Shown here: one piece after another, positions 15,051 through 22,407 of the stretch
How the letters are laid out: each line of letters opens with the position of its first letter
Numbering within the stretch: the first letter of the stretch is position 1
Assembly: GCA_040830145.1 (NCBI GenBank)
Contig: JBFOLQ010000318.1
Span: 1-25,629 of the forward strand
Reading direction: 5' to 3'
DNA from: Flavobacteriaceae bacterium
GTDB lineage: Bacteria > Bacteroidota > Bacteroidia > Flavobacteriales > Flavobacteriaceae
DNA length: 25,629 bases
Position numbers and translations under genes: made by a program
The notes under the pieces: generated by a model
Seen by the model: only the letters and a program-made list of their open reading frames with translations
What the model was told of the DNA's origin: nothing
Database searches by the model: none

Positions 15051-17170
15051 AAAAACTGGTACTATGTATTGTTTTGGGCCTATCAATGCTTGCGGGCCAT
15101 GGGCAGTTTAAACTAGATGCCCTAGAGTGGCAGGGAAAGGTCACTACCACCGTACGGGATGCCTATGTGGTGCCCACTGGTGGGGTATACCTCATATGGC
15201 ATACCAATGCCGCCCAATTTGAATATGCCCAGGATGACCAAGTGTGGAAGGCCTTGGCACTTAGTGCGGCGGACCGCACCAAACTCAACAACATTCTGAT
15301 TACCCAAAACGTGGACCTAGATCAGTTAGAAACTGATGTGGCCGGGAAAGAAGATGCATTGGGCAACCCCAGCGCAGATGGCCAAGTACTTTCTAGTAGT
15401 GCTGCAGGGGTCCGTAGTTGGGTAGACCCTTCAGGGGGAGGTGGTACTGATGACCAAACCATTTCCTTGGTCGGAAGCACATTGACCCTTGAGAATGGAG
15501 GTACGGTTGACCTATCAGGATTCCTTGATAATACCGATGGGCAGACCATTACAGATTTGAGCCTTTCAGGCAATACCATGAGTATTTCATTGAGCGGTGG
15601 TAACACGGAAACTGTTGATCTTTCTGGCCTTGGAGGCTCCGGTAACGTATCTGCATCCTCGGACTTTGGGGCAGATAAAAGAGTAATAATATCCAAAGGA
15701 ACTGGTAAAGAGGTTGAGGCTAGTTCTGTTACCGTCAATGGCAACAACTTATTGGTCCCTGGAAATATAAGTGCTTCATATGCTAACCTGTCAAATGACT
15801 TAAACTTCGTCAGCAGCGACCCGCTCCGGAGGGATATAAATGGAGTGAATAGACTTGCGGCCAGGTACCTTGACCTGAACCCCACCACTGATTTTTCAGG
15901 AGAAACGGAGGGGGATATAGGGTTCCACTCAACCACAAAAAAATTTAGAGGTTATGACGGAACGTCCTGGAAGGATTTTGCCCAGGATGCGGATGTGGTA
16001 AAGCTGACAGGGGACCAAGGAGTAGACGGAAAAAAGACTTTTTTTGAGGCGGTACGTATTGACCAAAGTCAAGGCTCCAACAACGTAAACCCGTCGAAAC
16101 TTTTGGTTCGGCTTGGATCCTCCAATTGGGCCGGGGTTGCCCCCGATATAGGCTATGGCGGCTTTTACTTCAATAATGACGGTACATTTAGGCTTATGCG
16201 GTCCACTGATATTGCTAGCACTACCGTAAATCTTGGTATAAATTGGAATGCCATGACCACAAGTAAAAATTTGATTTTTAGTGACAGTGACATTACTTGG
16301 GGTGGCCAAAGTCTTTTGGGGGGGTCGGGTGGCGGCTTGACAACCGAGCAATCCGAGCGTATCAATAATGCTGGACATTACAAGATTTTTAACAAGACAG
16401 GTAACAATGCCATTAGCCAGGAGGATTTTTACCCCACTTCCGTAGGTGACCGTGGAAAAAAGGGAAAAATATACCATGGGGCTACTGTGACGGATACTAT
16501 CCAGGTGGCCGACTTTCCGGGTATCGGCGATATTTTGCCAATATACCCAAATGGTCACGGTGGTAAGATTGTCATTGATTCAAACGAAAGTACAGTGTTC
16601 AAAAATTCCAGTGGTGAAACTGGGGACGAAATTACATTGAGTTTACATGCTCCAGTAATCTTGGAAAAGACTGCTAATGATACTATTTCGGTATGGAGCA
16701 AAGGGTTTACTTTGGGCACACAAGTTACTGAGCTATATACTGTAGCAAATTGGCTATCTACTTCAAGCTATGAAGCTGATTCCAACACCGGGCTTGGTAC
16801 TGTGGGTGTCACAGTGGCCAGTGAAACAACGATAGTGGGGGAAGGTTCATATTCGGTTGCCATAACATCCACTGACGGTGCTTCCGATAGGATGGAGGTT
16901 GACATTACCCTTGAAGCCAACACAACATATGAAATAAAATTTTATGGGGCAGAGGGCGCTAATGCAAACCTTACCACAAATGCATTTGTTGGATTTACAA
17001 ATAGTAGCCCATCTTGGACCCCTGCCATTTCAAATTCCAATGGAACTATGCAGGAATTTACGGCCATTTTGACCACTGATGGCACTACTTCACAAAAACT
17101 GAGATTTTACAATAATGGCACCGCCGCCACAACCGTATATGTAGGTGGTCTTTCAATCACAAAGCAATGA
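15047..17170 (+). CDS. Signal-peptide-bearing adhesin/tail-fibre-like protein with TDDQT repeats and a C-terminal CBM-like beta-sandwich
   Basis: MKKLVLCIVLGLSMLAGHG|Q signal peptide, TDDQT.SL.G..L.L..G.TVDLS repeats (about 15446-15627), fibre-like DADVVKLTGDQ.V.GKKTF motif, and a C-terminal LEANTTYEIKFY..QEFT..LRFY domain. Confidence 0.65.
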   Translation: MKKLVLCIVLGLSMLAGHGQFKLDALEWQGKVTTTVRDAYVVPTGGVYLIWHTNAAQFEYAQDDQVWKALALSAADRTKLNNILITQNVDLDQLETDVAGKEDALGNPSADGQVLSSSAAGVRSWVDPSGGGGTDDQTISLVGSTLTLENGGTVDLSGFLDNTDGQTITDLSLSGNTMSISLSGGNTETVDLSGLGGSGNVSASSDFGADKRVIISKGTGKEVEASSVTVNGNNLLVPGNISASYANLSNDLNFVSSDPLRRDINGVNRLAARYLDLNPTTDFSGETEGDIGFHSTTKKFRGYDGTSWKDFAQDADVVKLTGDQGVDGKKTFFEAVRIDQSQGSNNVNPSKLLVRLGSSNWAGVAPDIGYGGFYFNNDGTFRLMRSTDIASTTVNLGINWNAMTTSKNLIFSDSDITWGGQSLLGGSGGGLTTEQSERINNAGHYKIFNKTGNNAISQEDFYPTSVGDRGKKGKIYHGATVTDTIQVADFPGIGDILPIYPNGHGGKIVIDSNESTVFKNSSGETGDEITLSLHAPVILEKTANDTISVWSKGFTLGTQVTELYTVANWLSTSSYEADSNTGLGTVGVTVASETTIVGEGSYSVAITSTDGASDRMEVDITLEANTTYEIKFYGAEGANANLTTNAFVGFTNSSPSWTPAISNSNGTMQEFTAILTTDGTTSQKLRFYNNGTAATTVYVGGLSITKQ

Positions 17171-18702
17171 GGCGAATAATTCAATTCTTTCTGGTATTTC
17201 CCTTTTTGCTACATGGGCAAATTGTACTTGACAATGAATATGCATTTCATGGCGCAGTAGGCTATGGCCGTAATGCAACGGTAGGTCAACCTGCCAGGAC
17301 AATATACAAGGTCACAAACTTAAATGCGAGCGGCCCAGGAAGTTTTGCCGATGCCGTCAGTGCTTCAAATAGGGATGTAATTTTTGATGTTGCTGGCACA
17401 ATAACTGTTCCCAATATAAATTCATCGGCCCCTAACATAGTGATTCACGGCCAAACTGCCTATAGAAATGGCGGTCAGGGAATCACTTTAAAAACGGACG
17501 GTACCACTGGGGCACAGGTTCTTTATATGTCTGGAGACCATGTAGCGATTCGCCATGTACGCATTAGGCGCGGCACGGGGCCTGTAAATGAATCATCGGG
17601 TGATTGTCTCAATGTCACTGGTTCTAATGTTATTCTTGACCACGTAAGTGTAAGCTGGGGAACCGACGAAAATATAGGAGGGCAGACCACCAAAAACTTT
17701 ACAATGCAACATTGCATAAGCAGTGAGGCTCTTTATTTATCGACTCATATATATACAAATGATTCCAATCACGATGAATATCAAACTGGACATAGTAAAG
17801 GCGCATTATGGGGCAATGCAAATGACAAGCTAACGATTTACAATTCCATTTTTAGTCATAATGACGGGAGAAACCCCCAGATAGTAAGTGATGGAAGGTT
17901 TGAACTGGTCAATGTGATTTCTGCGCTAAACCAAGCGTACCACATTGGGAGTTTAAAAGGCATCACTGCCAATGGCGCGGAATTTAACGTTGTAAAATGT
18001 CTTACGGTCCCTGGGGCCGGATATAAAAATGGCCGCCATGAGATACACACATCAGACCATTCAACGGCGAAGTTTTATTTACAAGGAAACATAGGCCATA
18101 AACGGACAAGCGACTCTCAGTCGGAGTGGGACGCTATCGGAAACAATACCAGTGACATTCCTACCAGTGCACAAGCCACTACTCCATTTACAACCAATAT
18201 GAGCGGAGACTACGCGGCTCTCCCTGATGCTAATGAATTGCTTAGTGCTGACAACATGGCCCAAATGGGGGCCTATCTATTTAGGGACTCTGTGGACGAA
18301 ACTATTATAGATGAAATCATTAATGGCGGTAATACCACGGCCTTAAATGTGTCTGATGCGGCCGGGTATGATGGTCCAAATTATGTCGGTCAGGCGACCT
18401 ATTACGATTTTGTCAATTCTGTGACAGAAGCCGGGGGCTGGCCAACATTAAGTGGGATGTCATCGGTGCCTGTAGATGTAGATAATGACGGAATAGAGGA
18501 TAATTTTGAAGTGGCCCATGGTATTTCGGATGCTACGGCCACCAAAGTTAACTGGACATTTGGCGATGTCACAATAACCAACAATGCCGGCTACACCAAT
18601 TTTCAAATGTACATGATGTTTTTGGCAGGGGACTTCGGAGGCCAGGGCGAGACCAATTCAAATAATGAAGAAGAATTTTTTAACCTAATCATTGACCACT
18701 GA
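17167..18702 (+). CDS. PL1-family pectate-lyase-like beta-helix enzyme with a signal peptide
   Basis: AFHGAVGYG, IYKVTNLNASGPGSF, VIFDVAGTI, ILDHVSVSWGTDEN, FSHNDGRNP (catalytic Arg motif) and DVDNDGIEDNFE. Signal MRRIIQFFLVFPFLLHG|Q. Confidence 0.85.
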   Translation: MRRIIQFFLVFPFLLHGQIVLDNEYAFHGAVGYGRNATVGQPARTIYKVTNLNASGPGSFADAVSASNRDVIFDVAGTITVPNINSSAPNIVIHGQTAYRNGGQGITLKTDGTTGAQVLYMSGDHVAIRHVRIRRGTGPVNESSGDCLNVTGSNVILDHVSVSWGTDENIGGQTTKNFTMQHCISSEALYLSTHIYTNDSNHDEYQTGHSKGALWGNANDKLTIYNSIFSHNDGRNPQIVSDGRFELVNVISALNQAYHIGSLKGITANGAEFNVVKCLTVPGAGYKNGRHEIHTSDHSTAKFYLQGNIGHKRTSDSQSEWDAIGNNTSDIPTSAQATTPFTTNMSGDYAALPDANELLSADNMAQMGAYLFRDSVDETIIDEIINGGNTTALNVSDAAGYDGPNYVGQATYYDFVNSVTEAGGWPTLSGMSSVPVDVDNDGIEDNFEVAHGISDATATKVNWTFGDVTITNNAGYTNFQMYMMFLAGDFGGQGETNSNNEEEFFNLIIDH

Positions 18703-18740
18703 CGGCCTTGGGAACGTGGTGCTTGAAAAACTAGAAAGGT

Positions 18741-18989
18741 ATGGTGAAAATTAAAGAAGGAAAGACCGAGTTTGCCGGAATTGAAGTTGAAAACCGTGTG
18801 ATACGGAGATTCCTGCGCACACTTGCCGCAATTGTAATTTTGTTTGTCTTGGGCCTTACAGGTCACAGTCGGGCAACTACCGGTGACTGGAATTTTACCG
18901 CTGATGATGGCGTGGTAATTGGGTTGTCTCTTGGGCTTTTGTTGACGATTGAAGGAGTACGTGCATTTGTAACCAGAAAACTAAGCTGA
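18741..18989 (+). CDS. Holin-like two-TM protein
   Basis: Two hydrophobic helices and a basic C-terminus. First gene of the lysis cluster. Confidence 0.55.
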   Translation: MVKIKEGKTEFAGIEVENRVIRRFLRTLAAIVILFVLGLTGHSRATTGDWNFTADDGVVIGLSLGLLLTIEGVRAFVTRKLS

Positions 18990-19060
18990 TGGTATTCACG
19001 ACCGTTGTATTGTTTGTGGTGGTTTTGGGCATGGCCATAGCTAAACTAAGGCGTATTTAA
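18989..19060 (+). CDS. 23-aa single-TM micropeptide, not in the track (MVFTTVVLFVVVLGMAIAKLRRI)
   Basis: Starts in a TGATG overlap, and its TAA ends one base before the next GTG. Clean TM plus basic tail. Confidence 0.55.
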   Translation: MVFTTVVLFVVVLGMAIAKLRRI

Positions 19061-19603
19061 GTGGTGTTCAAGATTCCCAATTGGGTGGATTTCATAATCC
19101 AAAAACAATTGTATTTGCTTGTTCCCCTGGCATTATTAACTGGGGCAAATTACTATAAGGACTATGAAATAAAATCCCACAAGGCAGAAATGGCTTATCT
19201 GCGCAAAGCCAATGAAATATTGGTCAATCAGCAAAATTATGCCGGTCTTGACATTAACAAACTGGAGCTTTCCGTATGGAAGAAGCTTAAGATAGGTGGT
19301 GATTTTGTGATGGTGTGGCTATCGAGTAAGTATGACAGCCGGTTTTTGCAAATGTTCGGGATTCCAGCAAATAATTACCTGGGGCAGACAGACTATCATA
19401 TTTGGCCGGAAAAACTGGCCGATGAATTTTGGGAAGAGGATATGCAGGTTGCGCTTACCGGTGAGGATCTATACGGCATAGGAAATAGCCCAGACGGGAA
19501 AAAGCTATTGATACGAAAATGGCGGGTGATTGAAGGCAACAGTGTTTATGTGATGGGGATGGCCATAGATAAAGATGAAGCTAAAGATTGGTTTAAAAAA
19601 TGA
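19061..19603 (+). CDS. Single-TM protein with a C-terminal PAS domain, in the lysis cassette
   Basis: TM LYLLVPLALLTGANYY, a coiled linker, and the PAS_4-like signature FGIPANNYLGQTDYHIWPEKLADEFWEEDMQVALTGE...KWRV...VMGMAID. Confidence 0.78.
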   Translation: MVFKIPNWVDFIIQKQLYLLVPLALLTGANYYKDYEIKSHKAEMAYLRKANEILVNQQNYAGLDINKLELSVWKKLKIGGDFVMVWLSSKYDSRFLQMFGIPANNYLGQTDYHIWPEKLADEFWEEDMQVALTGEDLYGIGNSPDGKKLLIRKWRVIEGNSVYVMGMAIDKDEAKDWFKK

Positions 19604-20031
19604 AGACAGTATATATCATCCGAGACACTATTGGAAGAAAACAGAGCACGGGTGCTCATTTGGTCATCAATGAAAAAGGTGATGTGGTCTATGATGGTCA
19701 AATCTTAGAACTTGGTTGGCTCAATAACAGGCGAAACATTAGTTGTATCCCAGAAGGGATATACGAATTAAGATTAGAACGGTCCCCAAAATTCAAAAGA
19801 AAACTTTGGGAAGCATACGGCGTGCCAAATAGGTCTGAGACAAAATTTCACAACGGGGTTACATATAAACATTCCAATGGATGCTTTATTCCAGGAAAAA
19901 CCCGCTTTGATTTAAATGCAGACAACCTTGACGATATGATTAACAGCAGGGATGCTCTTGAAGAGTTTCATGATGCAATGGGGGAAGATACCAGGGCAAG
20001 ACTTGTGATTATAAACGATAGGCAAAATTGA
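19600..20031 (+). CDS. DUF5675-like endolysin candidate (YkuD-like His/Cys motif)
   Basis: LELGWLNNRRNISCIPEGIYEL, SPKF, VPNRS and FHNG....SNGC. ATGA overlap with the PAS gene. Confidence 0.8.
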   Translation: MKTVYIIRDTIGRKQSTGAHLVINEKGDVVYDGQILELGWLNNRRNISCIPEGIYELRLERSPKFKRKLWEAYGVPNRSETKFHNGVTYKHSNGCFIPGKTRFDLNADNLDDMINSRDALEEFHDAMGEDTRARLVIINDRQN

Positions 20032-20034
20032 ATT

Positions 20035-20325
20035 ATGAAGGATAATCCAAAAAAATCTAAAGGCCAATTAAGCAAGCACCCGGTTAATAAAAAAGTACCG
20101 CTCAATAGGAGAGCTGTAGTTGTCATTGAGCCTGATTCTGAAATGAAAGTTGAGATACAAACAGGGAGCGTTTCAGACTTGGAAATGTATATGTATTTAA
20201 GGGATATGACCCAACATTTTGCTAGCACCCTATGTGCAGATGCCAAAGAGGCCGTTGGTGATAGTCCCGAAGAACAGATCAAATATTTAAACTGGAGGAT
20301 TAAACAGTCGGGGCTCAATAATTGA
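20035..20325 (+). CDS. Hypothetical soluble protein within the lysis cassette
   Basis: 96-aa ORF tightly spaced between the endolysin and spanin genes. Confidence 0.65.
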   Translation: MKDNPKKSKGQLSKHPVNKKVPLNRRAVVVIEPDSEMKVEIQTGSVSDLEMYMYLRDMTQHFASTLCADAKEAVGDSPEEQIKYLNWRIKQSGLNN

Positions 20326-20326
20326 G

Positions 20327-20776
20327 ATGGTAAAAAATATTTTCATATCCATATTGATCCTTAGCTTTCTGGGGAGTTGTAGGATGCTCCGAACGGCGGA
20401 CAAGCACAAAACTGCAACTGAGGCAACTGAGCAGATAGTGACCAAAACAGCCAGAAAGGGCGATACCGTAACATTCTACGTACCAAGAGTGCGGTATAAG
20501 GATACAACGATTAGAACTGTCAATAGAGTGGGCAGCGTCATTGAAACACGCTATGACCAAGATGGTAATATTGACCTTATCAACTGCCTTACTTCGACGG
20601 TTGATGAAATGAGGGAAGAAAACCGTCGATTGTTAGAGGCGGTGTCTCAAAAGAATGTTGAATCTGAAAAGGAAACCCAAGGAATCAATATTAATATAAT
20701 AGCGATTGCCGCAATGGTCTTGATTATGTGGTTTCTTGACAAACGTATTCCTAGCGCAAAGGGGCCAACAAACTAA
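20327..20776 (+). CDS. Unimolecular spanin (u-spanin) candidate
   Basis: N-terminal lipobox FLGSC plus a C-terminal TM (IIAIAAMVLIMWFL). Lies after the endolysin. Confidence 0.78.
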   Translation: MVKNIFISILILSFLGSCRMLRTADKHKTATEATEQIVTKTARKGDTVTFYVPRVRYKDTTIRTVNRVGSVIETRYDQDGNIDLINCLTSTVDEMREENRRLLEAVSQKNVESEKETQGININIIAIAAMVLIMWFLDKRIPSAKGPTN

Positions 20777-21006
20777 AGATACCCCACGGCCTCCCCTTGG
20801 GACCACTTATTTTCCCACGACATTTTCTCTGGGCTTTTTTTAGAAATATGGAGTAGTAGGTATCTGTTTAGATTCCATTTAAAAAAAGCTCGACTAGAGG
20901 TCTTAGACCGGCGCGGGTCGGGTTTCCATATCTTTTTTAACCGCACTGTCTTGCTGTAGAGCGAATCGGCGTAATCCTCAAACTCTTTTTGGTTTTTGAA
21001 TGTCAT
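20773..21006 (-). CDS. Hypothetical basic protein (reverse insert)
   Basis: Its stop overlaps the spanin stop. AT-rich upstream region. Confidence 0.5.
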   Translation of the reverse strand: MTFKNQKEFEDYADSLYSKTVRLKKIWKPDPRRSKTSSRAFFKWNLNRYLLLHISKKSPEKMSWENKWSQGEAVGYL

Positions 21007-21035
21007 GGGGTCAAATTAATAAAATTTCTGAAATG

Positions 21036-21060
21036 AAAAACCCCGCTAGCTAGACGGGGC
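21036..21060 (-). terminator. Intrinsic terminator for the leftward insert genes
   Basis: The minus strand reads GCCCCGTCTAGCTAGCGGGG-TTTTT. Confidence 0.6.
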
Positions 21061-21097
21061 CACTCACTCTGTAAATCCAAAAATTTAAAAAATGAAA

Positions 21098-21406
21098 CTA
21101 TTGTCCTATGCTTTTTGGGACAAACCCGTCTTTTCTGGATGGGTCCATGGGGTTCTTCCAAACTTTGTAACCGAGATTCAACATCTTGTCCGCATCACCT
21201 CCATGAACCAAAACACTGGCCATACGGTCATTGCTATGTCCACAACAACAGCCCTCTGTACGGACGCCCATTGACCATAGGCACTTGATTTCCTCTACTA
21301 GACATTTGTCAATACAAACTGTCTCCCTCTTTTTGTGGCCAGGGGCATTGTACCTTAAGTCAATTTCCGGTGGAACGCTTATTACAACTTCTTTGCACTC
21401 ACACAT
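21098..21406 (-). CDS. Cys-rich phage protein with a CIDKCL..EI..LW..G..T.GCCCGH motif (TYW3-like fold suspected)
   Basis: 8 Cys residues. The motif pattern ID.C..I..L...G..T..CC.GH is recalled from phage TYW3-like proteins. Confidence 0.65.
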   Translation of the reverse strand: MCECKEVVISVPPEIDLRYNAPGHKKRETVCIDKCLVEEIKCLWSMGVRTEGCCCGHSNDRMASVLVHGGDADKMLNLGYKVWKNPMDPSRKDGFVPKSIGQ

Positions 21407-21417
21407 AATGGTAATTT

Positions 21418-21591
21418 TTAATGCCCATCCCCTCCTTCAAGGATGATGGGTAGGAACCTGTCCACAAGTTCATCTAAAGCCTTTTCATATGTTTCCTCCT
21501 TATCTGGGCTTTCACTCCTTTGCCAAATCATCAGAAAGTTCTCCAATGATCTCGCAAACCGTTTTAGTGCTGCTTTCTGTTTTTTTTCCAT
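21418..21591 (-). CDS. Small helical protein, 57 aa, not in the track (MEKKQKAALKRFARSLENFLMIWQRSESPDKEETYEKALDELVDRFLPIILEGGDGH)
   Basis: Translated by hand. Ends 11 nt before the Cys-rich gene. Amphipathic. Confidence 0.6.
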   Translation of the reverse strand: MEKKQKAALKRFARSLENFLMIWQRSESPDKEETYEKALDELVDRFLPIILEGGDGH

Positions 21592-21656
21592 GGGACCAAA
21601 GTACAGGGAAGATTTCAGGATTCCTTACGGGATTCCGTAATACAGATTGAAAACAA

Positions 21657-21687
21657 TTGTTACTTATAAGTCATTTTGATAACTTTG
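21657..21687 (+). promoter_or_regulatory. Consensus host-type promoter TTG-N20-TAACTTTG for the activator-like gene
   Basis: Perfect Bacteroidota consensus and spacing. ATG at 21693. Confidence 0.7.
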
Positions 21688-21692
21688 AGGTA

Positions 21693-22262
21693 ATGAAATC
21701 AAGCTATCAAATGATTCCCTTTCCTGTTCAGGAATATCTGGGCCAGTACTTGGCTTTTGTCCTCAATCAGAAAATGATATCGGAAAACGGAGTTCAATCT
21801 ATTGTTGTTGATCGACACACCGAATTGGGCCGGATTATTTTGCAATCCCTAGAGGTGTCGTACAAAAAACCAGTGCCACTAAAGGGAGTACTACATATAC
21901 AGGTAAGTCCGTTTGCTGGTAACAATTACAATGACACACCCAATGGGCGTAGATGCTTTTACACTATAGGTCCAAAAGCGTACCGGTCGTTGTCTGATTG
22001 GCTTAAACTGGATTTTGAGGAGGCCGTTTTCAATTACAGCCAAGGTGCTGAATTCGCCCACAAGGTCAACGGATGGACCCCTGACCAAAAACGCAAGGGC
22101 ATTCGCAAACGCGCCATTCTTGAGTTTTGCAAACTCCATGGTGTTTCACCTGATAAACGAAGCTTTGATTCACTCTTTAAGATGGTGCAACGCCGGTTAT
22201 ACAGGCGTAAAAACAATAGGACTGCGGGGCTTTCTCTTTTCGCCCAAGGTCTGTCCTATTAA
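21693..22262 (+). CDS. Candidate late-transcription activator (helical DNA-binding C-terminus); start trimmed to ATG21693
   Basis: Lies just upstream of late promoter 2. Basic helical C-terminus KRAILEFCKLHGV...FDSLFKMVQRRLYRRK. Function inferred from position. Confidence 0.55.
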   Translation: MKSSYQMIPFPVQEYLGQYLAFVLNQKMISENGVQSIVVDRHTELGRIILQSLEVSYKKPVPLKGVLHIQVSPFAGNNYNDTPNGRRCFYTIGPKAYRSLSDWLKLDFEEAVFNYSQGAEFAHKVNGWTPDQKRKGIRKRAILEFCKLHGVSPDKRSFDSLFKMVQRRLYRRKNNRTAGLSLFAQGLSY

Positions 22263-22349
22263 AACAACCCCTTTTCAAGTTCACTTTTCTCTTAGCGAAA
22301 CGCGCCTATTATTTGTTAAAAGTCGCCATGAAATAATTGTTCTACTGCC

Positions 22350-22385
22350 TGTCCTTTTAACGAAATGGGGTTAGGGCTATACTTG
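22350..22385 (+). promoter_or_regulatory. Putative late promoter 2: TGTCCTTTTAA-N16-CTATACTTG
   Basis: Identical boxes and 16-nt spacer to 13654-13689. Precedes the protease-capsid operon. Confidence 0.7.
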
Positions 22386-22407
22386 CCTTAAACTTCAACA
22401 CCTCATA

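Noticed and set aside
15047-18702. Diversity-generating retroelement target
   Set aside because: No reverse transcriptase and no TR/VR-like near-duplicate seen in this window. The rest of the prophage is not visible.
18690-18760. +1-frame peptide LTTDGLGNVVLEKLERYGEN after the lyase stop, as a possible frameshift extension
   Set aside because: No slippery sequence and only about 20 codons. Cannot be distinguished from chance without homologs.
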